Shown piece after piece: positions 37,601-49,291 of a stretch of 64,000 nt of DNA (positions within the stretch are counted from its first letter, which is position 1; each line of letters starts with the position of its first letter). This DNA comes from Raja brachyura (lineage: Eukaryota). The notes under the pieces are model-generated. The model made no database searches. It saw only the letters and a list, made by a program, of their open reading frames with translations, and was not told the DNA's origin. The translations under genes were made by a program, and so were the position numbers. The DNA is taken from assembly GCA_963514005.1 (NCBI GenBank), contig OY740781.1:143840001-143904000 (forward strand), given 5' to 3'.

Positions 37601-38208
37601 TTGTTGCAAAATAAGCATAAAATGTTTCAAGGAAAGCATCTTTTACTTTTGTCCTGGTGTCTCTCTTGCTCCCTTTTGTTTGACAGCTGAAATATGATGG
37701 GAACTCTTAATGCTTTTACGGAATAAATTTGTTTCCTGCCCCTATTTTAGTTAATGTGTGGTGGTAAGGCTGCCTTCAGACATCTTGAGCTGTGATGCTT
37801 TTTGAAATGAGGTCAACCTCTCGTGGTGGGGGAAATGTATAGTCATCTCGGTGAGTCACAGATGGATTTCATAAAACTCATTACCAATCCATTGTGTTCC
37901 ATAATCCGTAGTTAAATATCAGGAAAAGTTCTGAACAGGCCAAGAAATTCATGTGTCTTTCTCTTGCAGTCACTGACTGACCTGCTGTTCCAGCAGTTTC
38001 TGTTTGTATTTTAGGTGGACTAGTATTAAGTTTTTTTTATTTTTTTTTGAAGAAGGCAATGTGGGTAAGTTTTCAGACAAGCGGCATTTATTATTAACCG
38101 GTGATTCGTAGAGTTCCGATCATTATTTAAGATGAGGAATGCTTTCTTGTGTTGATGTTAACTAGTTCTGAGTGACTGGGATTACAGCTTCCAATGTTCC
38201 TCCAATAG

Positions 38209-38326
38209 GTTCGAAACCTTACTTACATGGTGAGTCGAAGGGAGAAGATTAAGAGATCAATCTGTCGAGTCCAAGAGCAAATATTCCACCATCAAATGAA
38301 ACTTCTCGAAGAAGAGCGCATTTCTG
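38209..38326 (+). CDS. JADE1: JADE1 coding exon, long-isoform part (not in the ORF track)
   Basis: ccaatag|GTT...TCTG|gtaagt, 118 nt. Encodes [39 protein letters not shown]. Confidence 0.96.
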
Positions 38327-38334
38327 GTAAGTCA

Positions 38335-38650
38335 TAGAAAACATAGAAAATGGCCTACTCCTGCACCTATTTGGCCCTTCAAGCCAGCACGCCATTCATA
38401 TGATCATGGCTGATCATCCAAAATCAGTACCCCGTTCCTGCTTTCTCCCCATATCCCTTGATTCCTCTAGCCCTCAGAGCTAAATCTAACTCTCTTGAAA
38501 ACATCCAGTGAATTGGCCTCCACTACCTTCTGTGGCAGAGAATTCCACGGATACACAACTCTCTGGGTGAAATTTGTTTCCTTATCTCAGTCCTAAACCA
38601 GGGCCCTGTACAACTGCAGAAGGATCTCCTTGCTCCTATACTCAAATCCT
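38335..38650 (-). mobile_element. CR1 3' fragment immediately after the JADE1 donor site
   Basis: catagaaaacatagaaaa tail. Very similar to 31690-31950. Confidence 0.85.
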
Positions 38651-40727
38651 CGACAGTCCAAGAAAGTGGTAGGTCAGCCAAGCCACCCTTTCCCAGACCA
38701 CCGCTCCCAAATGATGTGGCCTAGAAAGCCTCGAGAATTTGTGTGGGTAGTATTTAAATTTGAAAGACTCGCTTTTAAGATTCTGAGCATTCGTGGTCAG
38801 AATATACCATGGACCAGGTGTGGACCAAGTTCCAAATGGAAGTAAGGAGAGGCTTGGTGGGTACATACACTGCTCAAGATGCCACTGGCAATTTGTAAAG
38901 TTGTGAAGTGTTTTGAGATTTGCCTCAATGCTTGCAACCTTGTACATTCAGTGCTCTGTCAGGCTTGGTATTCACTCCCCTTTCATAACACTGAATCTAT
39001 ATTGCATCGACACAGCTGTGGAGCAATAACAATAGTTAATGCTGCAGGTTTCCATCTCCTTCCCTCCTAATACAATGATGTGTTTCATGAGCACCAGGTG
39101 TTCAGATGCTGATCTTTGTTTTGGTGTCATGGACTTCCGCTCCATTTAACACTTCCATATACTTTAATTAACGACTACCTCTGTGTCGGTGATTCCCAAT
39201 TACTCATCTGTTTACCCTCTGTGTGCCTGAAATGCAATTGTTTGTCTTTTCCTTTGTCCGTATGGAGTTTTAAGAGCGCTAAAAATCTTAGACATTTCTA
39301 TAGCTACCTGTGTAAGTAAGATTAATTTTGGCTTTTACATTTTTCATTTACAGGTTTAGTTGAGGGGTTAATTTCCATGTGTTGACTTATTGTAAATAAA
39401 ACAATAAATTAGGTTTTATTTTTAGTTTAGTTTGAAAGCATTGAGTCAATTGTGGGGTGAAGGCTGATCTGGAGTTTAGGGAGTTGTCAGTGCTGGCCAT
39501 CTACATGACTAAGCCACGTCTAGTGCACGAGGTAACAACGTACTGGCTTCATGTTGTTGTCGTTTGTGGTGATAAGCAGATTCCATCAAGTGAACACAAG
39601 AACGTCCATCTCCAACACTAGATTTTTTAAATTCCTTACACTGAATTATTTCCCAACTTATTAAATGTCGGCACCTGCCTTCTATCCATTTCTATTTACT
39701 CTTTAAGATAACTTTCTGCCTCTGGAACGCTAACTCTTAGTCATTTGACTTCAGTCAGACTCTAATTTCTGAAAATGTCATGTAATGCGCACACCATAGG
39801 AGATGAGAAATAAAGGTAAGTGTAAAATGAAAAATGTATCTACGGTCACCCAGTGTTACAATCGGATTTCTTAAAACTACTGTTGGCAGGAACTTCATTG
39901 CTCAGCTGTAAAAATCATATGATCTGCAGTCCAACTGGTCACTTTCAGTGATCATGATACATCTTCCATAAAGTGGAGGCAGTATTGCCTAATTAATGAC
40001 TGTGCTTGCACCACTTTCTCATCTCACTGCACCAAGTTCACATCTGGGGTTTCTGCTATTCTTACTTTTAACACTCTTGTTATGGTTCCATTCCCATGCT
40101 TTCCTGTGTTGTTGGTTTAATAAGCAAGATTAGATAAAATGCATGTGGTCTGTGGTTTGGGGAAGTGAGAATTGGAGAGAAGAGTTCTCCAAGGTGGGTA
40201 CTACTCGTCTTGAGAATAGACACACCAATGAACCAGCATGCTTTCTTTATATTTAGCTTATTTTCTAATTTACTTTTATTTCTCATCTCCTGTGGTGTGC
40301 TCACTATAGGAAGTTTTATAAATGTTAAGTCTGACTGAAGTCAAATGACTAAGGATTGTTATTGAAATGCTCAAGAGACAGAAAGATATCTTTAAGAGTT
40401 CGTTGTAGAAATGGAATGAAATGTAGGTGCCCACTTCACTTTAATCTGTCGGGAAATAAATCAGTGATTTTTTTCTTAATTGATGTCCCATTTTGTCTGT
40501 TTGTTGTTTTAACCTGAGAAAAGCTGCTCTATTGTTGGAGGTCTTGCTTGTCAACAAACCGATTCTTCCACCTCGTCCAAGGCAGTTCCTAAGGGGCAAG
40601 GCTTCTGTTCAATTTGGTGCATTCTGATCTGACGGATGATGTCTATCAGACCAGCGGACTGCCACAGTAGGTGCTTGACAGGACAGGTGGGCATTTTGCT
40701 AAGTGTTGAGATCCTGTTTTCTAAAAT

Positions 40728-41292
40728 AAAAGACTCAAAGTGCTGGAGTAACTCAGCGGGTCAAGCAACATAGACTGGAGTAATGCTGGAGTAGCTCGGT
40801 GGGACAGGTAGCATCTCTGGATAGAAGCATTGAAAATAGGTGCAGGAGTAGGCCATTTGGCCCTTTGAGCCAGCAAGAAGGAATGGGTGACAGGGGAGAG
40901 GGAGTTACAGAGATAATGAAGTGTAAGGTGTGAAAACGAGACAAAGGTGATGAGTATCAAAGGAAAATGTAGAATAGACCATTGTTAGCTGGGAGAAGTT
41001 AACAGCAAAGCAAACAGAGATAAAAATGTAATCAAGGCCATTCAGGCTGGTCAGAGAACTGGGAAAGGGGGAGGGATCGAGAGCAAGGGTTACTTGGAGA
41101 GGTCAATGTTCATACTGTTGGGGTGTAAGCTGCCCAAGCGAAATACGAGGTGTTCCATCAATTTGCGCTGGGCATCACTCTGGCAATGGAGGAGGCCCAG
41201 GACAGAAAGGTCATTGTGGGAATGGGAGGGGGAGTTAAAGTGTTTAGCACCGGGAGATCAGGTAGGTTTAGGCGGACTAAGCGGAGGTGTTC
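40728..41292 (-). mobile_element. Penelope-like element 3' fragment (GIY-YIG endonuclease C-terminus plus pLTR)
   Basis: The minus strand encodes KHFNSPSHSHNDLSVLGLLHCQSDAQRKLMEHLVFRLGSLHPNSMNID. The pLTR end is gctggagtaactcagcggg. Confidence 0.85.
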
Positions 41293-42119
41293 AGTGAAAC
41301 TGTGTTGCTCGTCGAGCCTGTGTTGTTCTTGCAAGCAACGTCACTGGAGAGTATGGATAGGTGACGTTTTGGGGAAGGATCCTTTGGAGCTCCTTCTGTT
41401 GTTTTTTCTGCTGGGCTTGAAGTTCTCACACCCATCCCAAATGCTCCTTGCAGATTGAGTGGTCACAAGTCTAAGATTCCCAAGAGTGGGTGAAGATGTT
41501 GCCCTTTCTGAGATTCCTTAAGTCTTTTTCTTGCTTTACAACATACGGTAACAGGCATATAATTGATGAGGTATGCCCAGTGTTTCAGTGTTTGCCCAGG
41601 CGAGGACGATGGTTCATTTATGTTGCTGGAATCTCTCCAGTGCTTTGTAGCGTTGCTATCTCAGAGGCAGATAGGAGAATCGGTATCACTGCTGCCTGAT
41701 AGATTGTGAGCATTATGCCCAACTTGTAGTCTTGATCTTCAGGCATTGCTTCTGAAGATGAGGATGAATTTTACATTTGTTGCTTGCCTTTTCCCTTAAG
41801 GTAGTTCCCAGGATATGGGAAGTGGTCCCCATTTTCCATGGTCTTCCTGTGGACCTTTATTGTCAAAGGTTGTTATTGTACAGTGGAGGTTGGTAGAGGG
41901 TCTTTCCCTTACACTTGTTAAGAGTAAGATCAATTCTTCCATCTGCTTTGGTAAATGAATCAATAATGCACATGAAAGGACACATGGATAAGGACTGTTT
42001 GTTTATCGTGCCCTGATGATTGAAGTTGGGGGTGACCAACAGGAAACCTAATGATGAACAGGAGTGTGAAAGAATGAGGAATGTATTGGTGACATCTGCT
42101 CTTTACCAAACATAGATTC

Positions 42120-42265
42120 AGTATAGTCTGAAGGGACCTGACCCGAAACGTCACCTATCCATCTTCTTCTTATCGAGTCCGCACACAAGATTAGAAGTTG
42201 TTCAGCCAGAGCTGAAGTTCTTCAGGGATACAGGCTGAGTTACTCCAGCACTTTCTGTCTTTTTT
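42120..42265 (+). mobile_element. Penelope pLTR fragment
   Basis: gtctgaagggacctgacccgaaacgtcacctatcc...gctgagttactccagcacttt. Confidence 0.7.
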
Positions 42266-43349
42266 TACCGATTCAGTATACCTGAGGTAGATTGTTAATG
42301 AGAAATTTAAAGTTAAAGAAAACAACGACTTGCTGTTTTCTATATCTATCATTGCTGTTGTGATGAACTTTTGCATGAGGCGATGTGGATTTTATCAGAT
42401 TAAACCACAGTTTAAAAAAAAAACTAATTCAAACTTTGATGTTTGTGGTGTCGGTGGGTTGAGTAGAATGGAGGCGATGGCGCGGGTAGGGGGTGGGTAT
42501 ATGTGGCAAGTGGAGTCGGTGTTTTGAATAGTTTCTTTCATTGTGTAATTAAAGGATTAGTCCACGATAACTGGTCTAAGAAACATTTATCTTGGAGGAA
42601 ATGGAAAGTTAATTATAGAAAAAAATAATGTCAGCATTACTGTAGTTTCTATAATCTGAGGATATTAAACATTGCAGAGCATTGGTTTTCCTTGAAATCC
42701 ATGCAAAACCCTTGAACCTTGATTGGTATTTACACTGCCATTGAAATTGGTGGAGATGAGTTATGGAAATTGGTTTACTGAGTTACTTTCGGTATGTCCT
42801 TCTATCAGCCCTGTCCTTTGTGAGAAGGGATGCTGTGGTCATGATACTGATGTTGGCTTCTCTCCAATCTTCAGTACTGCAGCAAACCAACCGTATGCTG
42901 CACCTGAATTAATTGCTTTTCCTCCTTCAGAATTCAATGTTGTATGAGATTGCTTGCTCAATAAATTGAAAGGATATAAGCTTCTGGGAGCTTAATGTTT
43001 CCTCCCATTTTCGTATAAGTAGATTTGCAGAATTGGAGCTTGTGCTTTATTGGATGCCATTCTTTGGGGCAATGCTTATGAAATCAGCATTTTAAATAGT
43101 AGTATGGAGAACTTACCAGTGATTAAACGCCAAACTTCAGTGTTGGTTTCCTGACTTGTTACTGCTCCGTGACAGCCTATTTCCATCAAATGTTGTTTGT
43201 TGCAGATGTTTTTGTTAGGCTTTATGTAGTGTGGATTTACTGAGCTAAATGTTGCTCAGTATTGTGATTTCAGCTTTATTGACAACACTTTGTTATCCAA
43301 TGAGTATGCAACAGATTGAAAACGGGCATCATCACTCTGCTTGTAAAAA

Positions 43350-43475
43350 CATGGAACTGCAGATGCTTGCTTACCAAGGAAAGACACAAAGTGCTGGAAT
43401 AACCTAGCGGGTCAGGCAGGCAGCATCCCAGGGGAACATGGATGGGTGACGTTTCGTGTTGGGAACCTTCAGAAT
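43350..43475 (-). mobile_element. Penelope pLTR fragment
   Basis: ggaactgcagatgc...agacacaaagtgctgga...gggtgacgtttcg. Confidence 0.7.
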
Positions 43476-44978
43476 GATTACAGGGGTGGGGGGCAAGGGT
43501 GGGTTTGATTCCGTATTCATGCTTCTTGTGATTGAGAGCGATTGCAATAACTAAATGATGACCTTGACACTATCATCACTGTAGTTGAGGATGTATTTTT
43601 CGAGTTATTGCATTCTCAGGACGTGGAATTTTCCCACACAAAGGATGTTTGTTCGGCCTTGTCTTTGTGAATGTTAATACTCTGCACAGTCTTGCCTCAT
43701 CTCACTCTAACGCCACATACTTCATTCTTTTCTCCTCAAGCTTCTCCGTCATAACGCCCTGTGCTTAATATCTGTCTTCCCCTTAAATGCTCCCTTGCTG
43801 ATTGCCTCAGTCACCTAATTAAAATTCCACATTTCATCAATCTGAGCAAAATCAGCTGATGATAGCACTCCCTGGAATTCTGGTCAAGCTATGGATTGTT
43901 GGGAAGTATCACTGTATAAGCCTGCCTGTGTAAGTTATAAACACCATGTGAATTATCTCTTCATGACTAGGTCTAATGTCTTTAACGACCTCCAACATCA
44001 TAAAGTATTCTACAGTTGCCATGCACTCTTGGAGAAAACATGACTGCAATTTTTAGAGGGAGTTGGTCGAGGGAGAAGTACAATACATGCTGACTGCTGG
44101 AACATTCATTCTACATGCGGAAAGGTGCAATAGAATATCTTGTGTTCACCTCGGGGATGCAGGTGGCAACTTGGTTTAACACTTTAATCTGACGATTACA
44201 GCCCTCTTTGATATTGCAAGAGAATGCTTTCCAGTCAAAGATGCCATCATCAGTCAGGTCTTTGTACATTTGTCTCCGGAGTGAGATTCGAAGGGGCAAC
44301 CTTTTGTACTCGGAAATAAAATTGCTACTCCTGAGCCACGGCTTGTACCCAAATGCAAAGTGGCAACTTTGGAACTATGCAAAATCGCATCCTGAAACAT
44401 CGTATTGCCAATCCTTTTCTCTGCAATGATATTGGTTGGTGTGACATACAAAAGCGAAGACTACAACCCTGACTATATGATTCATTCAATTAAAGCATGC
44501 ACAGCACAAATTACCCTGCAAGCAGTTTGGAAAAACTAAACAAATGAAAAATGAATGACGTATTACTCTATGGGGAAAACCCCAGAAATTCTACGACATT
44601 TCACAATTGATGCTTTTTCATTTCTGTGGAATATTTCCCCATTTTACAACTTTTCTGAAGTTATTTAAATAGAACTTACCAAGGTTGAAAATTGGATAAC
44701 ACTAGAAACTAATCTTACTGCTACAATTTGACAATATTCAATTATGGAGGCTGGTATTGCATATTTAATGTCAGAAAAAAATAGCTATTTGTGTTTATAT
44801 TTTTGGAATCATTTTTCACTGCCGTCTGTTACCAATGCACCACCTTTGCAAAAGAATAAAGAATAAATGCTTTCATTGAATGTTAAAAGTTAAAGTTTGG
44901 GCTTAATGTAATGCAAAATGAGAGCAGGCCTTCAAAGAATATGATACCATCTGAATAATGTGTGTGCTTTGTTTGTAG

Positions 44979-45947
44979 GTGTGCCTTCAGCATTCCCATC
45001 ATCAGATGCTTTATTCCTTGGTTGGCTGGCACAATCTCATCCGGTTTCCAAAACGGGTGGTTTACAATGGAAGTTGAACAGCGAACTGGAGACGAGCCAA
45101 CATCCTGATAAAGTCTGGTGTGAAAGGAGTTCGCGGTTGAGTGGCAGAATGCAAAGCCACACTGAATCTGCTAAACAGAGCTTATTGAAACAATCAAATC
45201 GATCCAGTGAATGCAAAAACACACCCAACCTTCACAGGGTCAAGGAGGATTATTCCAGCCCAAGCCTCCTTCTGCCATATGACATGATTCGTGGCGAGGC
45301 CAGAGGTAATACTTGTGAGAGGAATGATGGTCTGACTACCACTGACCACAGGAAGAAAACTGACGTCAGTAGACGTAGTACAGGAGGTAGAACTGAATCG
45401 AGAGAGAGAGCTTGTTCAAAACGTGACAAATCTTACATGTCTGCAGATTTGACCTTACGGCAGTCTGAAAACAAGCGAGCTTTGTGCGCTACTGTGTGTA
45501 AAGTTCCCTCTGTTAGTATTCGGAGGTTATCTGGGGATGGCAGTCACATGCACACCAAATTTAACGGTACCTTAAGTAAGGTAGTGTGCAATCAGTCTGC
45601 TGTCCCTCCTGGACAACAAGGAGTCAAAGTGCCTACAACACCTACGAGTCCAGTGAAAAACTGGGGTGGGTTCAAAATCCCCAAAAAGGGAGAAAGGAAG
45701 CAACAGGAGGAGAGACCGGAGGCTTGCAGGCAGATCTCCGAATCCACCCAATACCAGCGAACCTCGCCCAAGGAAAGAACCAAGGTGAGACAGCTGCCAG
45801 ACAGTGAGAACGATGGCTACAGTCCTGACGTTGAGATGAGTGATTCGGAAACGGAGTCAGACAATTGCAAGCCGCAGCGGCTGAACTCAAATAGTGAACA
45901 GGAGGTATGGGACAGATATTATTCGAAGAAGCATCCTGGCCTCCTGA
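44979..45947 (+). CDS. JADE1: JADE1 last coding exon. As given, the main frame stops at 45979, but the conserved C-terminus lies in the +1 frame and ends at TGA 45945-45947
   Basis: tttgtag|GT GTG CCT TCA (GVPS). Contains KVPTTPTSPVKNWGGFKIPKKGER and ENDGYSPDVEMSDSE. The +1 frame at 45897-45947 reads NRRYGTDIIRRSILAS*. Confidence 0.9.
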
Positions 45948-47099
45948 TCTGGGGTTGTGGTGTAGGGGTGCGGCCATAGAAGTCCACTCCTCGTCTGATA
46001 ACCAATACCAGTCTCAACATTATTTTATCTACATGCCTTGTTGTGATACAATGTTTCTTCAGGCCAAGTATTGGTACCCAGGGACATTTCCTGTCGTGGA
46101 ATGTTTGTCAGTAAAACACTTGTGTTTAAGTCACATGCTACAGTTTTGCAGCTAATGAATCTGCCCCATGTATAGTTACCAGGTAGACCTTTTGAAAACA
46201 TTATTGGGGAGTAACTAGATCATTAACATGTCAGCTTTAAACATTAAAAACCTTAAACACTTTACAAAAACATTTCAAAAATAATTAATTTAAGATCTCA
46301 GTGGTTGAACGGTTAGTGCACCACATTTCATTATTGTTTATTTTTTTAAAGCATGATTTAAAACAAGTTTTAAATAACTTAAAATCATTAGGCCTTGTGA
46401 TAGGTCAGACCAGACTTTATCTAGTATTCTGAATAAAAACAGACTGCAAAGTAAATGCAGCAAATTCTGTGCCTCAGCAGATATAACTTTCATTTCAGTA
46501 AATTGATGAAAACCCAGTGTTCAGCAGTATTAGATTGTAATTACAAAGTTCTTCAAAGTATTCACTGGTCAGGGTGAACCACACTAAGCAGTGTACGCAG
46601 AGAGGTTCAGATAGACAGAACTTGAAAGGAGTCCTGTATTCTTCATAAATTCTGCAATATGTACATGCGAGGATTGCTTGCAACTTAATGAAGGATGGCT
46701 TGTCACTTAATGAGTATGTGAAGTTGTTACATGATTTTTCCCCCCCCCAGAATTTTGCGATGTACCCCATTTTTTTTCCTTCCTGAAAAACTGGAGTACA
46801 ACTCATTTAGTATGTGATAATATGTAAGATTATTACGCTTTTATCGTTTTAAAAGATCACTTGTCTGTTCCATGCAGGTATTGCCAATATTTTAGACTGA
46901 TCTTTTAAATGCTATTGACTCATTCCACATACTTGAATCAGCTGGCACTTGTATTGAATCTGCAGTTGGGCGGGATTTGTAATGCAGAAATAGCCCAGTC
47001 CAACAATTAGGCAGAAGGAATGAGGAGAAAACTACAGAATTGTCAAGACATTTTTCGTTTTCAGTTTTGTTTTGAACAATTTGAACTATGGATTGAAAA

Positions 47100-47215
47100 T
47101 GTTTAGAGGGATATGAGGCTAATGTGGGCAGGTGGGCCTAGTGTAGATGGGGCAACTTGGTCGGTAAGGGCAAGTTGGGCCTAAGGGCCTGTTGCCTATT
47201 TCTGAACTGTATGAC
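47100..47215 (+). mobile_element. CR1/HE1 tail inside the JADE1 3' UTR
   Basis: tttagagggatatg...ggcaagttgggcctaagggcctgtt. Confidence 0.7.
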
Positions 47216-49157
47216 TAATGAGGAATGGGGTGCATTATCCATTGGGGTTGCAGCATCAGTATTATCATGAGGGGCCAGAACATTTCCAATTCGCCATTTT
47301 GAATTGTCCCCCTCTGAAAGTCTAACCTGCAACAATATTGGATAAGCGACAGTAGAAAACTGTTACTTTTGTATTCATTAGTAATCCGCATGAGTCTTTG
47401 TTTAAAATTTGTACAAGTGAAGGGGTACAAGAGCAGCACTAAAAAAAAGATTTTTTAAGGCAACTTAATTCTTAACCTTTGTAATCCAATTTTTAATTTA
47501 GTTACTGGACATTCCTTTTTGCTTTAAATTTTGGTACAGTTTACCTGGGATTACGTGCAGTGAGGGATGCGCTTGACCAAACATGAATCCCATTAGGGAT
47601 TAGGAAAATGATTCAACATCTCAAACCCACTGTTGTTATTCTCAAAGAAACGTCAACATCGTACCCCCATATATGTTTTAAAACACAATGGCCATATTTA
47701 GTAAATTGTGGGGAAACCTATTTAAACTAAAAATCTCAAAATCTTAATACATAGTGTTGCATGCACTGTATTGAATTATGTCCTGCTCGTGCTGTAATGC
47801 ATTTGAAAATATAGACATTATCAATATTGAACATGTATATTTAATTTTATTAAGTGGCCTTTTCTTATCTTTATTCAGTGCAATAGCTATGTGTTTATTT
47901 TTAAAAATTGTAGAAAGGTCTTTTGCTTACATGTTTGACATGAGTATTTATGCATCTTGGACATGCAACTTAGTTTGAAATATTTGCAGCATTTTAATTT
48001 TTGTTAGTGTTTAACATGCAGGTTTCATCACATTGTGCTGTACATAAGAAATGTTAGTTAATTTTATGCCTAACTGATTTACACCTGCACTAAATAATCT
48101 TTTGGGTAGAGATAGTCAGTAAATTAATAGTTTGAGTACAATGGTATGTTTGATGACCATAACTTAGACTGATAGTTTCAAGTTAAAATTTATTTTCCCC
48201 ATATTGTGTTTAAATTATGAGTTTCATATTATATAGACTGTAGTTTAACATTAGGCTAGTTGAGCTACTGTGTAGTTGCTACTGGTATGCATATATAGTT
48301 TTACACTAAAGTGATATAAAAGGGACAGTTTTTACACATCCCCTTTCTGATTGTTCCGTACAGACCTGCTGAACAAACTTTGCAGTGTGGTGTTGTACAG
48401 AAGAAATCTATCACCATGTGCCTAGCAAAGTTTAACTCGTGTCCATTTAGTTACAAAGAGCATGAAAATAAAAGGAGAAATAAAATTTATACAGAGATTA
48501 CTATTTTAAATTACCGGCTCTTTGATGTATTTATTTTTCTTGTAAAATATTTATAAAACTACTTTTAAAAGAGAAAGTTCTGTTCTGTGAATGTTGAAAA
48601 TACTTAGATGAATTGTGCCTTTTTGTGTTTGATATGTTGAGTTTACATCAGTAGTATGAGACTAGTACAACAATCTGTAAAATATTTCTCAGAATTAAAT
48701 CTCATCTGGAACCAACAGAAGGAGACACTGGGCTTCTTTGTGGGTCTGTGTAGGCCAGAATAAAAATAAGGGTCTGCACACTGTCTTTTATGTATCTGGA
48801 ATGTTTTCATAAATTGAGATTTTAATTAAATTTTCATAATTACAATGAATCTGGACTTTAAGGCAGTGCTATTATAAAATACACTATCTAAATGTTGGGT
48901 CTGGGAAAATCATTCTTTTCAAAGATTGTTCTATACATTTCCTATGCAAAGCAACACAACAGAATCTTAAGTTATTTAATTCAAATACGCTTTCTCTGCC
49001 AGATGTTAATTCCCTTTTATGGCAACATCTGGTGTTGTAGGCTGAAATATTATAGGTTTCTAATTCTTGTATAGAAAACCTTTTTTTACAAGTACTGTGG
49101 GAGCACTGAAATAAGGCACTGTGCTTTAGAAGACATATGTACCAGTCTGCACCATGC

Positions 49158-49163
49158 AATAAA
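49158..49163 (+). terminator. Candidate distal JADE1 polyadenylation signal
   Basis: AATAAA followed by tgtatatgtttgttttc and a downstream tgtgtttttt element. Confidence 0.5.
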
Positions 49164-49285
49164 TGTATATGTTTGTTTTCTCCCCAGTAAAGTTGAACTA
49201 CAATATACACTTTTGAGATGTGTTTTTTATCAAGTTAAGATTTTGGTAATCTCACTCTACTATTTACAGGTAAATGGCATAAATA

Positions 49286-49291
49286 TTTATT
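49286..49291 (-). terminator. Candidate SCLT1 polyadenylation signal
   Basis: TTTATT on + (AATAAA on -), about 1.15 kb downstream of the SCLT1 stop. Alternatives lie at 49342 and 49722. Confidence 0.4.

Larger units (their letters stand above)
45948..49190 (+). other. JADE1: Probable long JADE1 3' UTR
   Basis: AT-rich and repeat-poor. AATAAA at 46432, 48467, 48759 and 49158; the last is followed by GT/T-rich sequence. The end point is inferred. Confidence 0.6.

Noticed and set aside
29598-37631. Perfect 9-bp match cttgaaaca/tgtttcaag, and acgaggt 39527/acctcgt 40570
   Set aside because: They cross or compete with the larger colinear helix sets. Excluded, and a reminder that isolated short matches occur by chance.
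45902-45910. GAG|GTATGG as a splice donor that would explain the divergent JADE1 C-terminus
   Set aside because: The conserved TDIIRRSILAS* sequence lies right here in the +1 frame, so a frameshift is the simpler explanation.
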